From Halodesulfurarchaeum sp. (GTDB lineage Archaea > Halobacteriota > Halobacteria > Halobacteriales > Halobacteriaceae), in assembly GCA_034520565.1 (NCBI GenBank), contig JAXHNL010000002.1:768001-832000 (forward strand): a stretch of DNA of 64,000 nt, given 5' to 3'. Below, piece after piece: positions 55,105 to 64,000 of the stretch. Each line of letters begins with the position of its first letter. Within the stretch, counting starts at the first letter, position 1. Under the pieces are notes generated by a model that saw only the letters and a program-made list of their open reading frames with translations, did no database searches and was not told the DNA's origin. A program made the position numbers and the translations under genes.

Positions 55105-55443
55105 ATGGACGCAAACGAGGATCAACTCGACGAGCTGGCCGGCGAGGTGTTCGGCGTCGCCGACCTGATCGACTATCAGGCGGGGGCGATCGTCAGCCGG
55201 ACGATCGTCGACCGGGACGACGTGACGGTGACGGTCTTTGCCGTGGACGCGGGCCAGTCGATCAGCGAACACACCTCCCAGCACGATGCCATTCTTCACG
55301 TCCTCGATGGGACCGCCCACGTGCGAATCGAAGAGACGGAATCCGTGGTCGAGGCTGGCGAGGGCCTGGTGTTTCCGTCCGGGAAACCCCACGCACTTCG
55401 CGGGGAAGAGCGGTTCAAGATGCTGCTGACCATGACGAAGTGA
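55105..55443 (+). CDS. Cupin domain protein (112 aa)
   Basis: IVSRT...GQSISEHT...PHAL...FKMLL. Confidence 0.88.
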   Translation: MDANEDQLDELAGEVFGVADLIDYQAGAIVSRTIVDRDDVTVTVFAVDAGQSISEHTSQHDAILHVLDGTAHVRIEETESVVEAGEGLVFPSGKPHALRGEERFKMLLTMTK

Positions 55444-55521
55444 GTGTGGCCGGACAACGTCGGCTTCGACCACTTCGTGGTTCCTCGGTCTCACGGAATC
55501 TTCGCGCTTGAGAAGCGCTTG

Positions 55522-56214
55522 TCACTCGTACCGCTCGATGACGCGGACGGATGCGATATCGAGGAGTCGGGACACCTCGGCGATGTACGCTCGTTTCCGG
55601 GTGTCCCGGTCGGGGTCTGGATCTCCCGGCGGAAAACTCAGCGTCAGCGTCTTCGACGGTCGATCGTAGTCGACGGACGCGTTTCGTAGCCCGTGGGTTG
55701 CGGTCAGACCCTCCGCACGGGTCTCGACCCCTTCGAGCCGTTCGAGTACCTCGATCTCGTATTCGAGCACGATCCCCGAAAGTGGATGGTTGAAATCGAC
55801 AGTTACCGTGTCACTGGAAACTGCTTCGATGACGCCGCGCCGTCCGCCAAACTGAACCGTTTTTCCGGCCGTGCGGTGTTCTGGAGCAATCGTGTTTTTG
55901 GCCACCGTGGTCATTGCTTCTGGATCCACGCGTCCGAACGCGTCTTCGGGGTCGACCGTCACCTCTACGTTCATCCCCGGGTCGACGTTGCGGATGGTCG
56001 CTTCGACCGGATCGAATAGGTGCCCTTCACCGGGAACGACGACAACCGGACCGGACGCCTCGAGTTCAGCGAGGTCGCTGTCGGCCGCCACCTTCGGGTC
56101 GGTCGTATCGATAATTCGTCCGTCGCCGTTCCGTGTGACATAGTCGATTCGGAGGAACGGTCGTTCCTGCTGGGTCGGCTCCGTTGTCGCGTCGGTTTCG
56201 GGATCAGCTTTCAT
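55522..56214 (-). CDS. FKBP-type (SlyD-like) peptidyl-prolyl isomerase/chaperone
   Basis: IDY...IIDTT, PEDAFG, VDFNHPLSG; start overlaps the aioA stop. Confidence 0.85.
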   Translation of the reverse strand: MKADPETDATTEPTQQERPFLRIDYVTRNGDGRIIDTTDPKVAADSDLAELEASGPVVVVPGEGHLFDPVEATIRNVDPGMNVEVTVDPEDAFGRVDPEAMTTVAKNTIAPEHRTAGKTVQFGGRRGVIEAVSSDTVTVDFNHPLSGIVLEYEIEVLERLEGVETRAEGLTATHGLRNASVDYDRPSKTLTLSFPPGDPDPDRDTRKRAYIAEVSRLLDIASVRVIERYE

Positions 56215-58796
56215 TATTCGGGGACGATGTTCATCGGCTTGAAACTCATCTCCGCTTTGACTTCGCTCTCACCGAGCCGTCTGATCTCCCCTTTCCCGTA
56301 CTTGTAGCCCGGGTTTGGATTTGCGGGGTCGAGATACGCCGGGTTGACGTCGTTGTTGACCTGGTCCGGATACAGCCAGTAGGTGTACGCCAGCCCCTCC
56401 GAGACGGACTGTCCCTGGGCTGCGTCGTCCTCGTCGACGACGTAGGCGACCGCGGTGAAACTGCCTTCGGTGTTCTCGCCGTTGATATTGAAGACGTCGT
56501 CGTTGATTATTTCGACGAGGTCGCCCGCTTCGATGTCGTGTGCTTCGGCATCCGTTGGGTGAAGCTGGAGGATGTTCTGTGGGAAGCGCTTCTGGATGTA
56601 CTCCAGCCGCTGGTGGGTGTACATGTTCTGCCAGAGATGCTGGAGCCGGCCGTTCGTCACCCAGATCTCGTCCTCGCCGGGACTGAGTTGCTCGTAGACG
56701 TCGCCGATCGTGTGTCCCGCCTCGGGATCGACGACCCGGTCCCAGTCGACGCGCTGGAGGATCGCCTCGCCCGTGCTCGTGTGGAAGCGGTGCTCCATGA
56801 CCTCGCGCTCGCCGTCGGGGGCGTGGATGCGGGGCGTTCCCTGCACCTCGCCGTTCTCCTCGTAGATCGGCTGCTGGACGCCGTCCTCGACGGTCTCCAT
56901 GTACTCCGCAGGCGTCATGTCGTTGGCTTCGGCGGCAGGGGCGATCCCTTCGAGGGAGTGGTCGCCCCCGGTGCCCGGATACTCCTCGCAGATCAGGTTG
57001 AAGATCTCTCGGGAGTCCTCCCAGTCCATGTCGTCGGCCCCGAGCCGTTGTCCCATCATCGCGAAGATCTCCCAGTCCTCCTTCGCGCCGGACGGGCCTT
57101 CCATGAAGCCCTGATACTGACGGAAGCGACGTTCGCCGTTCCAGCGGTGATAATCGCCGCCCTCGCCGGATTCGACCGCCTTCGCCGGCAGGACGATGTC
57201 GGCGTACTGGGTCGTCGTGTTGGGGTACAGTTCCTGATGGGTTACGACCATCCCGCCCTGTTCGATGCGCTCGCGGAACGCGCGTTCGATCTCGTCGATG
57301 TCGGCGGTCTGCGGTTGTGCACCGCTCGTCCGCTCTCGCATTGCGTTCCGGAGGTCCTGGGTCGCATAGGACTGACGGGCGGGATCGCAGCCGATGACGT
57401 GCCAGTGTTTGATTTCGCCGTCCCTGACGCGCTCGACCGTGTTCGGCGCGATCGTCACGTCCTCGACGTTCTCGCCGTCGAAGGTCTGTGTCGAACGCTC
57501 GCCGATGACGTCGCCCACGCCGTCGGGGGTCCAGAAGCCCTCCTGGTGGCCCCCGGCGCGGGTGATGCCGGTACCGGGGCGACCGACGCTGCCGGTGATG
57601 AGCGTCAGGTTTGCCATCGCACCGGTGTTCTCGTGGGACCAGCCCCAGATGAGCCCCTTCTCCAGCATGAACAGCGTGTTCGTCTCCTCGGCGTCGGGCT
57701 GGGCGATGAGTTCCGCGGCCTCCCGAATGTCCTCGGCTGGAACGCCGGTCGTCTCGGCGGCGTTTTCGGGGGCGTAGCGCTCCTCATCCAGGAGATCGTA
57801 GTACGCCTCGGGCGTCAGGCCGAATTCCTCCTGATACCAGCCTTCTTGGTCGATCGTCTCCCGGTTGTCCATCACCCACTCCTCGATGAACGCATCGTCG
57901 TGCCAGCCCTGATCGACGATATGGCGAGCGATGGCGTTCAAGAGGATCGGATCGGTCGCCTCGTTGACCTGGAGATGGATGCCGCCGTTGTTCTCGGCGT
58001 AGTTCGCGAGGAACTTCCGGCGCGGGTCGATGAAAACGATGTTGGCGTCACCCCCCTCGTTAATCCACTTGCTGAAGATGACGTCCTGGTTCTCCTTGGG
58101 GTCCGCCCCCGCCACCACAATGGTGTCGGCCTCCGCGGCGTCCTCGTAGGCGTAGGACCACTGCGCGAGGCCGGCGTTGATGAGTCCGGGCACTTCCGTA
58201 GTAAGTGCCGGGCGGTTGTGGCCGCCCCAGTTGGGCGAGCCGATAACGTCATAACAGAGCTTCGTCCCGGCGAAGGTGTTCTCGATGAACTGATAGAAGT
58301 ACAGCTTCTGCCCGTAACCGTTCGGGTCGTTGCCGTTGTCGGTGGCGATCTCGGTAGCGCGGGCCCACGCCTCGATCGCGGTGTCCCAGTCGACGGTGAC
58401 GAGGTCACCGCCGATTCGGATCTGGGGCTGTTTGAGCCGATCGTCGTAATCCTCGTTGTTCGGGGAGTAGAGCGATTGGGCCTGCGTGCCGCCTCGGATC
58501 GAATGATCCCCCTCATTGGCCGGATATTCGGTGTCCGGTCTGAAGAGGACGTGGTATTCCTGGCCGTTCTCCTTGATGATCTCGTGCATGTTCGGCGAGG
58601 GCCAGTCGCCGTAGCCGGCGGGATAGTCGATCTCGAGGGCGTTCTCGTCGGCCGACGGACCGCCCTCCTCGCCGACCGGCCATTTGTATACCTCGTAGCC
58701 ACAGCCGACGATACAGTACCTGCACGATCGTGTGCTACGGTCCGCGTCCGTGGGAGGGATCGGCACCTCGCTGGTGTTCGGGTTGTCTGCTGCCAT
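56214..58796 (-). CDS. aioA: Arsenite oxidase large subunit (AioA-like molybdopterin enzyme, 860 aa)
   Basis: CRYCIVGCGY...HSIRGG [3Fe-4S] motif, ENT, HNRPALTTE, EKGLIWG, RAGGHQEG, NGERR, NGR, C-terminal YK. Confidence 0.85.
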   Translation of the reverse strand: MAADNPNTSEVPIPPTDADRSTRSCRYCIVGCGYEVYKWPVGEEGGPSADENALEIDYPAGYGDWPSPNMHEIIKENGQEYHVLFRPDTEYPANEGDHSIRGGTQAQSLYSPNNEDYDDRLKQPQIRIGGDLVTVDWDTAIEAWARATEIATDNGNDPNGYGQKLYFYQFIENTFAGTKLCYDVIGSPNWGGHNRPALTTEVPGLINAGLAQWSYAYEDAAEADTIVVAGADPKENQDVIFSKWINEGGDANIVFIDPRRKFLANYAENNGGIHLQVNEATDPILLNAIARHIVDQGWHDDAFIEEWVMDNRETIDQEGWYQEEFGLTPEAYYDLLDEERYAPENAAETTGVPAEDIREAAELIAQPDAEETNTLFMLEKGLIWGWSHENTGAMANLTLITGSVGRPGTGITRAGGHQEGFWTPDGVGDVIGERSTQTFDGENVEDVTIAPNTVERVRDGEIKHWHVIGCDPARQSYATQDLRNAMRERTSGAQPQTADIDEIERAFRERIEQGGMVVTHQELYPNTTTQYADIVLPAKAVESGEGGDYHRWNGERRFRQYQGFMEGPSGAKEDWEIFAMMGQRLGADDMDWEDSREIFNLICEEYPGTGGDHSLEGIAPAAEANDMTPAEYMETVEDGVQQPIYEENGEVQGTPRIHAPDGEREVMEHRFHTSTGEAILQRVDWDRVVDPEAGHTIGDVYEQLSPGEDEIWVTNGRLQHLWQNMYTHQRLEYIQKRFPQNILQLHPTDAEAHDIEAGDLVEIINDDVFNINGENTEGSFTAVAYVVDEDDAAQGQSVSEGLAYTYWLYPDQVNNDVNPAYLDPANPNPGYKYGKGEIRRLGESEVKAEMSFKPMNIVPE

Positions 58797-58798
58797 GA

Positions 58799-59377
58799 TT
58801 ACTCCTCCGTGGCGGCTTCGATCGGGGTATCGTCCCGCAAGTTGTTCCGGTATCCGTACACGAGTCCGTCGACACCCGTCGCGTAGATGTCCCCGTCGTC
58901 GACGTCGAGTCGGACCTGGGGGAGGTCCATCGTCGCCGCGCCACTGATGACGAGGCCGCCTTTCGAGAGATCGAACGTCGTGTAGTGGCACGGACACGGA
59001 CCAGCCATCTCCCGGTCGGGACTTACCTGTCCGATAACACTGCAGCCCATGTGAGTACAGAGGCTATTGTACGCCACGATATCGTTATTCGGCCCTACCC
59101 CTCCCCAGGCTTCCCCGTCGATGCGGGTAAGGAAGTTGCTCGCTCCCTGGAGTGGATAGCTGAACGTCTCGACGGCCCCCTCCGAGAGGTCGTCGACGCT
59201 CCCAACGTGAATACGTGGATATCTGTCGAGTCTATCGACCCGGTCGACCGGGGACTCCGAGGTGGTATCATTATTTTGGGGGTCATCCAGAACTGTGCTA
59301 CAACCGGCTAACGTGCTGCCTGTCACAGCTGCTGCCGTTGCGAGAACCTTCCGGCGGGAGAGTTTTCTTTCAGTCAT
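58799..59377 (-). CDS. aioB: Arsenite oxidase small Rieske subunit, Tat lipoprotein
   Basis: SRRKVL...LAGC signal; GGVGP, CTHMGC, CPCHY, GAATMDLPQV, AxGVxGLVYG. Confidence 0.88.
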   Translation of the reverse strand: MTERKLSRRKVLATAAAVTGSTLAGCSTVLDDPQNNDTTSESPVDRVDRLDRYPRIHVGSVDDLSEGAVETFSYPLQGASNFLTRIDGEAWGGVGPNNDIVAYNSLCTHMGCSVIGQVSPDREMAGPCPCHYTTFDLSKGGLVISGAATMDLPQVRLDVDDGDIYATGVDGLVYGYRNNLRDDTPIEAATEE

Positions 59378-59440
59378 CGGTTGTGATCCACCGTTCCGAG
59401 GGTGGTCCCGATTCGAAACCGTCCCTTTTTATTTGGGTCA

Positions 59441-59470
59441 TTTGTTCTACACAAACAATAATTATATTTG
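59441..59470 (-). promoter_or_regulatory. Putative aioB promoter (TATA) with adjacent inverted repeat
   Basis: AT-rich AATATAATTA on the minus strand (~59459-59468); TTTGT-N5-ACAAA at 59441-59455. Confidence 0.45.
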
Positions 59471-59556
59471 CTCCTGTTAAATTTTGTGGGGGGCGAGTAC
59501 TTCCATCTGGGCTGCTGAAAACGGAGATGGCGAGCAAAGCGAGCGACCGGGTACGA

Positions 59557-59712
59557 GCCATTCTCCACGTTCTCGACGGGACGGCTCACGTGACGAACGC
59601 GGAGGAGGAGCACGTGGTCGACTCTGGCGAGGGACTCGGGTTCTCGACTGGCGAGCCCCACGCCCTCCGCCGCGAGGAGCGGTTCAAGATGCTGTTGACG
59701 ATGACGAAGTGA
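59557..59712 (+). pseudogene. Displaced 3' half of the cupin gene
   Basis: 156 nt colinear with 55288-55443; 121/156 nt and 39/51 aa identical by manual count; same stop. Confidence 0.88.
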
Positions 59713-59791
59713 GAAGGACGGGGCCGAGATTCGAGGCGCAGGTCAATCGCGGCTCACTACTAAGGCTACGGAGCCCGATATGGGGCCTGAA

Positions 59792-60232
59792 ATGGTCGAA
59801 CGGGGCGCACTTTGGGACACCTACGCGGCGCCCCTCCAGCACGATCTGGTCGATCTCGATGGGGACGAGCGACTGATCGGGGTTGCCCGCCGGCCGCTGC
59901 CATGGCTTTTGGGACAGGTCGACGAGAACCGATCGGCGCTGGGGCCGCCGCCGGCGTTGCTGGACGCGGTCAAGGACCGTCACGAGGAGCTGCAGGACGA
60001 GGGACTTCCGGACGCCGAAGCCCACAACCGGGCGCTGGAGGCTATCGACTACCGGGAGCGCTACCTGGACTATCTCGAGAACTCGGCGGCCGCACGGGAA
60101 GCGATCGAGTCCATCGAGGCAGTGCGCGAGGCGGGAACCGACGTCGTGCTCGTCTGTTATGAGAACACCGACGAAAAGCGGTGTCACCGGACGATACTGC
60201 GAGAGGCCATCGAGGCGAGACTGCACGACTGA
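59792..60232 (+). CDS. DUF488-family protein
   Basis: LGPPPALL, VLVCYE...CHRTIL. Confidence 0.8.
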   Translation: MVERGALWDTYAAPLQHDLVDLDGDERLIGVARRPLPWLLGQVDENRSALGPPPALLDAVKDRHEELQDEGLPDAEAHNRALEAIDYRERYLDYLENSAAAREAIESIEAVREAGTDVVLVCYENTDEKRCHRTILREAIEARLHD

Positions 60233-60294
60233 GAACTCGGTGCTTAAGATGTCCCTCGGCGTACACTCGAGTATCCCGCCCGGCTCCCAGACCA

Positions 60295-61446
60295 ATGGCC
60301 CGACACCCGTCCGATCCGCGGCCGAACTCGCCACCCGGCACGATTCTTTGGCTCACAGCGATCGTGCTGGTGGTGAGCGGCTTCATCGTTGCAATCGTGG
60401 TTGGATTCGGCCCGATGATGGCCCTCGCGCCGAGTCCGGTCGAAAACGGCGGGCAGTGGGCCCAGGTCGAATCGATTGATGTAGGCCCGGAAAACGGGAC
60501 TGCCACGACGGTGACAGTCACCTATCGAACCGGCGGCTCCAACACCTCCATCTCGGCGTCTGGCACCCACCGGTTCACCGTCGCGGGAGTCGATCCGGGG
60601 CTGGTCAACGCCCCGGGGGACTGGGCGTATCTGCCGAAATCGAGTCTCCCGCCACCCCTCGCCGCGGTCGACGGAAATCACTCGGCCGGGGTCGTGACCG
60701 TCGGGCCGTGGGCACTGATCGGCAACCTGTCGGGGACGACGAAAGCGGGTCGAACGGCACCGATAACGGTCGTGGCCCCGGCAGGGATGGACGTCGACCC
60801 CTCTCGGAAAGTCCACTTCCTCTCGACGTTCGTCTCGCCGTACGAACTGCAGCAGGTTCGGGGCGAACCGGCTACGATCCTCGTCGCCCCTGCTGCCCTC
60901 CCCTACGACGGCGTGACCTACGGCACGCGTGCGTACATCACCCAACACGCCTTCTGGGATGGCCATTCGGCGAGCGTCTGGATTCACGAGTACCTCCACA
61001 CCCAGCAAACCTTCGAGACGGGCCCCGAGATGGAGTGGTTCCGCGAGGCGAGTGCCACCTACCTCGCCGCCCGGATGCTGGAGGAGCAGTACTACGAGGT
61101 CGAACCGGAGGACGTGCGGGCCTGGATTCTCGCCCGGGACCGCAGTTCCGGGGTCAGCCTCGCGGACGGCTCCGCCTGGGGACACTCGAACGCGAACTAC
61201 TATCGCGGGGCCCGACTCCTCTATGCGGTCGATGCCGCGATTCGGGATGGAAGTGGTGGAGAACACACGCTCGTGGACGTCTTCCGGGAGATGAACGCTC
61301 ACAAGGGCCCGGTCACCATCGACGAGTTCGTCCACCTCGTCGAGTTCTATTCGGGGGCAGCCCAACCGTGGCTTCGGCCGGCGATCACCGAGTCAGGGGC
61401 GCTCGACGGGCGGGTCCCAGACTCCGAGGGCGTTTTTGGGGACTGA
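60295..61446 (+). CDS. Membrane-anchored zinc metallopeptidase-like protein (gluzincin)
   Basis: N-terminal TM; WIHEYLH, WFREASATY, YYRGA. Confidence 0.75.
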   Translation: MARHPSDPRPNSPPGTILWLTAIVLVVSGFIVAIVVGFGPMMALAPSPVENGGQWAQVESIDVGPENGTATTVTVTYRTGGSNTSISASGTHRFTVAGVDPGLVNAPGDWAYLPKSSLPPPLAAVDGNHSAGVVTVGPWALIGNLSGTTKAGRTAPITVVAPAGMDVDPSRKVHFLSTFVSPYELQQVRGEPATILVAPAALPYDGVTYGTRAYITQHAFWDGHSASVWIHEYLHTQQTFETGPEMEWFREASATYLAARMLEEQYYEVEPEDVRAWILARDRSSGVSLADGSAWGHSNANYYRGARLLYAVDAAIRDGSGGEHTLVDVFREMNAHKGPVTIDEFVHLVEFYSGAAQPWLRPAITESGALDGRVPDSEGVFGD

Positions 61447-61539
61447 GTGCTGTGGCGAGCGGTGTGGGAAGCGCACCCGTGGTGGACCGGGGTACTTCTG
61501 GGGCCGAATCACTGCCGGTTCGTGGCGACGCGGTGGACT

Positions 61540-61584
61540 CTCGAGACGGTCACGGCCGCGTTCGGTGAAGAATACGTCCGCCAT
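61540..61584 (-). pseudogene. Truncated RelE/ParE-like toxin start
   Basis: ATG directly after the antitoxin TAA; MADVFFTERGRDRLE resembles the RelE beta1-alpha1 start, then similarity is lost. Confidence 0.45.
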
Positions 61585-61803
61585 TTACAGGTCGTCAAGC
61601 GCAACGACGTCGCCGTCCTCGATCTGCTGGCGGGAAACTCGATCGTCTTCGAGCGTCCGATCGGCAAGTCGTGGCGGTTCGATCAGGTGCCTGAGGGCGT
61701 CGCGGACGAGTTCGCTTTGATTGAGATAATGGGGGTGGTCTTCGAGGAACTGATCGATGTCTGCCTGCATTTCGTCGGGAACCTTGACGTTGAGTGTGGC
61801 CAT
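61585..61803 (-). CDS. Ribbon-helix-helix (CopG-like) antitoxin/regulator
   Basis: TLNVKVPDEMQADID...NQSELVRDALRHL, acidic VVALDDL tail. Confidence 0.8.
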   Translation of the reverse strand: MATLNVKVPDEMQADIDQFLEDHPHYLNQSELVRDALRHLIEPPRLADRTLEDDRVSRQQIEDGDVVALDDL

Positions 61804-61925
61804 TATGTTACTAGCGTATTGCTCTCTGTGGACGATAAACGTTTTGGCGAAGTTCGGAATTGCGTGACGGGTGCAGGATCCCCGTCACTTATTTGTTACT
61901 CGTGGGCGCTTCTTCGGTAACTTGG

Positions 61926-64000
61926 ATGAGTCAGGCAACCCTTCCCGAGAAACCCTACGTCAATTCCAACCTGTTCTCGAGCCACTTTCTCGACGAGCGG
62001 CTGACCGAGCGCGAGGAGTGGGACTGCGATGTGGACTGCGAGGCGGTGATGTCGGAGTTACAGTCGCTCTACGAACTCGAAGCCGACCTCGTGGCCGGGT
62101 ACGGCGAAGACTCGCTGGTCGACAACTGGATCGACGAGGTGCTCGGAACGCTCGGATTCGGCACCCAGAACGAAGTGACCCTCCCCGAGGGCGATGGGTA
62201 CGTCGACGAACTGCTGTTCGAAAGCGAAATGGACCGCCGGGACGCCGCGACCGTCTACTCACACACCAAGGACACCACAGAACTGTTCGAGGGCGGGATC
62301 GGGGTGCTCGAAGCCAAGCAGTGGGACGCCGATTTCACGACCCGATTTGCCGAACGGCGGCGCTATCGAAACGCCTCCCACCAGATCAAACACTACCTGG
62401 AGAAGACCCCCTCTGCCATCCAGTGGGGGATTCTGACGAACGGGCGCAAGTGGCGGCTCTACGGCACCAAGGATTACGAGACTCAGACCTACTACGAGGT
62501 CGACCTGCCGGAGCTGCTAGAACGTGGGGATCTCGAGGCGTTCAAGTACTTCTACGTGCTCTTCCGCCCCGCCGCGTTTCGCGAATCGGCCGGCACGACG
62601 TTCCTCGACGAAGTCTGGTCCGAGAGCGAAAGCGCCTCCCAGGAACTCGGGGAGAACCTCCAGGACAACGTCTTCACCGCGCTCCGTGTCCTCGGGCGAG
62701 GATTCGTGGAAACTAACGACGACCTCGACATCGACCCCGACGACGAGGCGGCCCTCGACGAGCTGAAAGAACAGTCCCTGGTCTTCCTCTACCGGTTGAT
62801 GTTCGTCCTCTACGCCGAAGCCAGAGGGCTCATCCACCCCGAGGATCAGGCGGCCAAGGACGATTACGAGGCGAACTTCAGCCTTGATGCCCTCCGCGTG
62901 CAGATTCACGACGAGATCGGCGAGGTCGATTCCGGATTCGAGGACGCGTTCAGCGCCTACTCGACGTCGATGTGGTCGCGGCTCGAGGACCTGTTCCGGC
63001 TCATCGACCAGGGCGAAGCGGATCTCGGGATTCCGCCGTACAACGGCGGCCTATTCGACCACGAGGCTCACGAGTTCCTGACCGAGCACGAGGTGAGCAA
63101 CCAGTACCTCGCGGAGGTCATCTACCGGCTCTCGACCACGCAGAACGACGAGGGCCGGTACGTGCTCGCGGACTACGCCGACCTCGATACCCGGCACCTC
63201 GGCAGCGTCTACGAGGGCCTGCTCGAACACCAGTTCCGCATCGCTCCGGAGGCGTACGCGGCGGTTGCGGAGGACGGCGGCCAGGTCTGGAAACCAGCGA
63301 CGGAGGTCAGTGTGGCCGATGCGGTCGAAACGGTCCCCGAAGGCGGGCTGTACGTCGTCAACGACGAGGGCGAGCGCAAGGCGACGGGCGCGTACTACAC
63401 CCCCGACTACGTGGTGACCTACATCGTCGAGGAGACCGTCGGCCCGCTGGTCGAGGAGATCCGGAAGGACTTGATCGACCAGGGTTTCGAGCCGGGGACC
63501 CAGGAGTACATCGGGCCGTTCCTCCGCCGGATCACCGACCTCCGGATTCTCGATCCCGCGATGGGGAGCGGGCACTTCCTGACGAAGGCGACGGGCTACC
63601 TCTCCGAGCAGGTGATGGCCGAGGTCCGCGAGGCCGAAGACGAGTTCGGCGTGGCGTTCGACGAACAGCACGTCCGGCGCGAAATCGCCAAGGAGTGTAT
63701 CTACGGCGTCGACCTGAACGGGATGGCCGTCGAGTTGGCGAAGCTGTCGATGTGGCTGGAGACGTTGGCCGCGGATCGGCCGCTGGCGTTTCTCGACCAC
63801 CACTTCAAGCAGGGGAACTCGCTGGTCGGGAGTGACATCGAGTCAATCGAGGAACTGGAGTCCGACGCGAACGGCGACGAGTCCCAAGCTTCGCTGGCCG
63901 AGTTCGGCGCGACTCGTGAGGGGACCATCGAGCGGCTGATGGACATCTACGGGGAGTTCCTCGCCATCGAGAACGAGACCGTCGAGGACGTGCGCGAGAT
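61926..64000 (+). CDS. Type IIG (Eco57I-like) fused restriction-modification enzyme (runs off the window)
   Basis: Manual translation: YVD...LEAK nuclease motif, WGILTNGRKWRLY, YNGGLF, LGSVYEGLL, RKATGAYYTP, ILDPAMGSGHFL, YGVDLN, GNSL. Confidence 0.9.
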   Translation, partial: MSQATLPEKPYVNSNLFSSHFLDERLTEREEWDCDVDCEAVMSELQSLYELEADLVAGYGEDSLVDNWIDEVLGTLGFGTQNEVTLPEGDGYVDELLFESEMDRRDAATVYSHTKDTTELFEGGIGVLEAKQWDADFTTRFAERRRYRNASHQIKHYLEKTPSAIQWGILTNGRKWRLYGTKDYETQTYYEVDLPELLERGDLEAFKYFYVLFRPAAFRESAGTTFLDEVWSESESASQELGENLQDNVFTALRVLGRGFVETNDDLDIDPDDEAALDELKEQSLVFLYRLMFVLYAEARGLIHPEDQAAKDDYEANFSLDALRVQIHDEIGEVDSGFEDAFSAYSTSMWSRLEDLFRLIDQGEADLGIPPYNGGLFDHEAHEFLTEHEVSNQYLAEVIYRLSTTQNDEGRYVLADYADLDTRHLGSVYEGLLEHQFRIAPEAYAAVAEDGGQVWKPATEVSVADAVETVPEGGLYVVNDEGERKATGAYYTPDYVVTYIVEETVGPLVEEIRKDLIDQGFEPGTQEYIGPFLRRITDLRILDPAMGSGHFLTKATGYLSEQVMAEVREAEDEFGVAFDEQHVRREIAKECIYGVDLNGMAVELAKLSMWLETLAADRPLAFLDHHFKQGNSLVGSDIESIEELESDANGDESQASLAEFGATREGTIERLMDIYGEFLAIENETVEDVRE

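Noticed and set aside
56214-59377. Assignment as iodate reductase IdrAB
   Set aside because: No idrP1/P2 peroxidase genes adjacent and the AioA-type HNRP...E site is retained; left open only as a hypothesis

Overview
High-GC haloarchaeal (Halobacteria) chromosomal window. The 16S/23S sequences, MC1, archaeosortase A and acidic proteins support this; a sulfur-respiring Halodesulfurarchaeum/Halanaeroarchaeum-like anaerobe is an inference from the Ni-CODH. Core content: pheA, lpdA, a Ski2-like helicase, endA-trpS, pheS-pheT, pyrD, a complete rRNA operon (16S, tRNA-Ala, 23S, 5S), a TRAP/TAXI transporter, tRNA-Cys, cysE, artA, two pcm genes, type II GAPDH, hsp20, rpl10e, a KaiC-like ATPase, an orphan m4C methyltransferase and the start of a type IIG restriction-modification gene. 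Several essential genes in the first 12.5 kb are frameshifted, most likely from assembly error. Standouts: (1) an aioB-aioA-FKBP (arsenite-oxidase-like) cassette bracketed by two diverged copies of a cupin gene 3' half, with no integrase; (2) a 1446-aa surface protein whose N-terminal ~660 aa come from a very AT-rich foreign block fused in frame; (3) an intact cooS-cooC Ni-CODH pair whose CooC has a His-rich leader and a C12 homopolymer; (4) a 5S rRNA with a ~109-nt insertion; (5) a tRNA-Cys locus with a duplicated copy interrupted at position 37/38 and a trailer built from inverted and direct copies of the tRNA 3' end. All protein calls come from motif recognition, not database searches.
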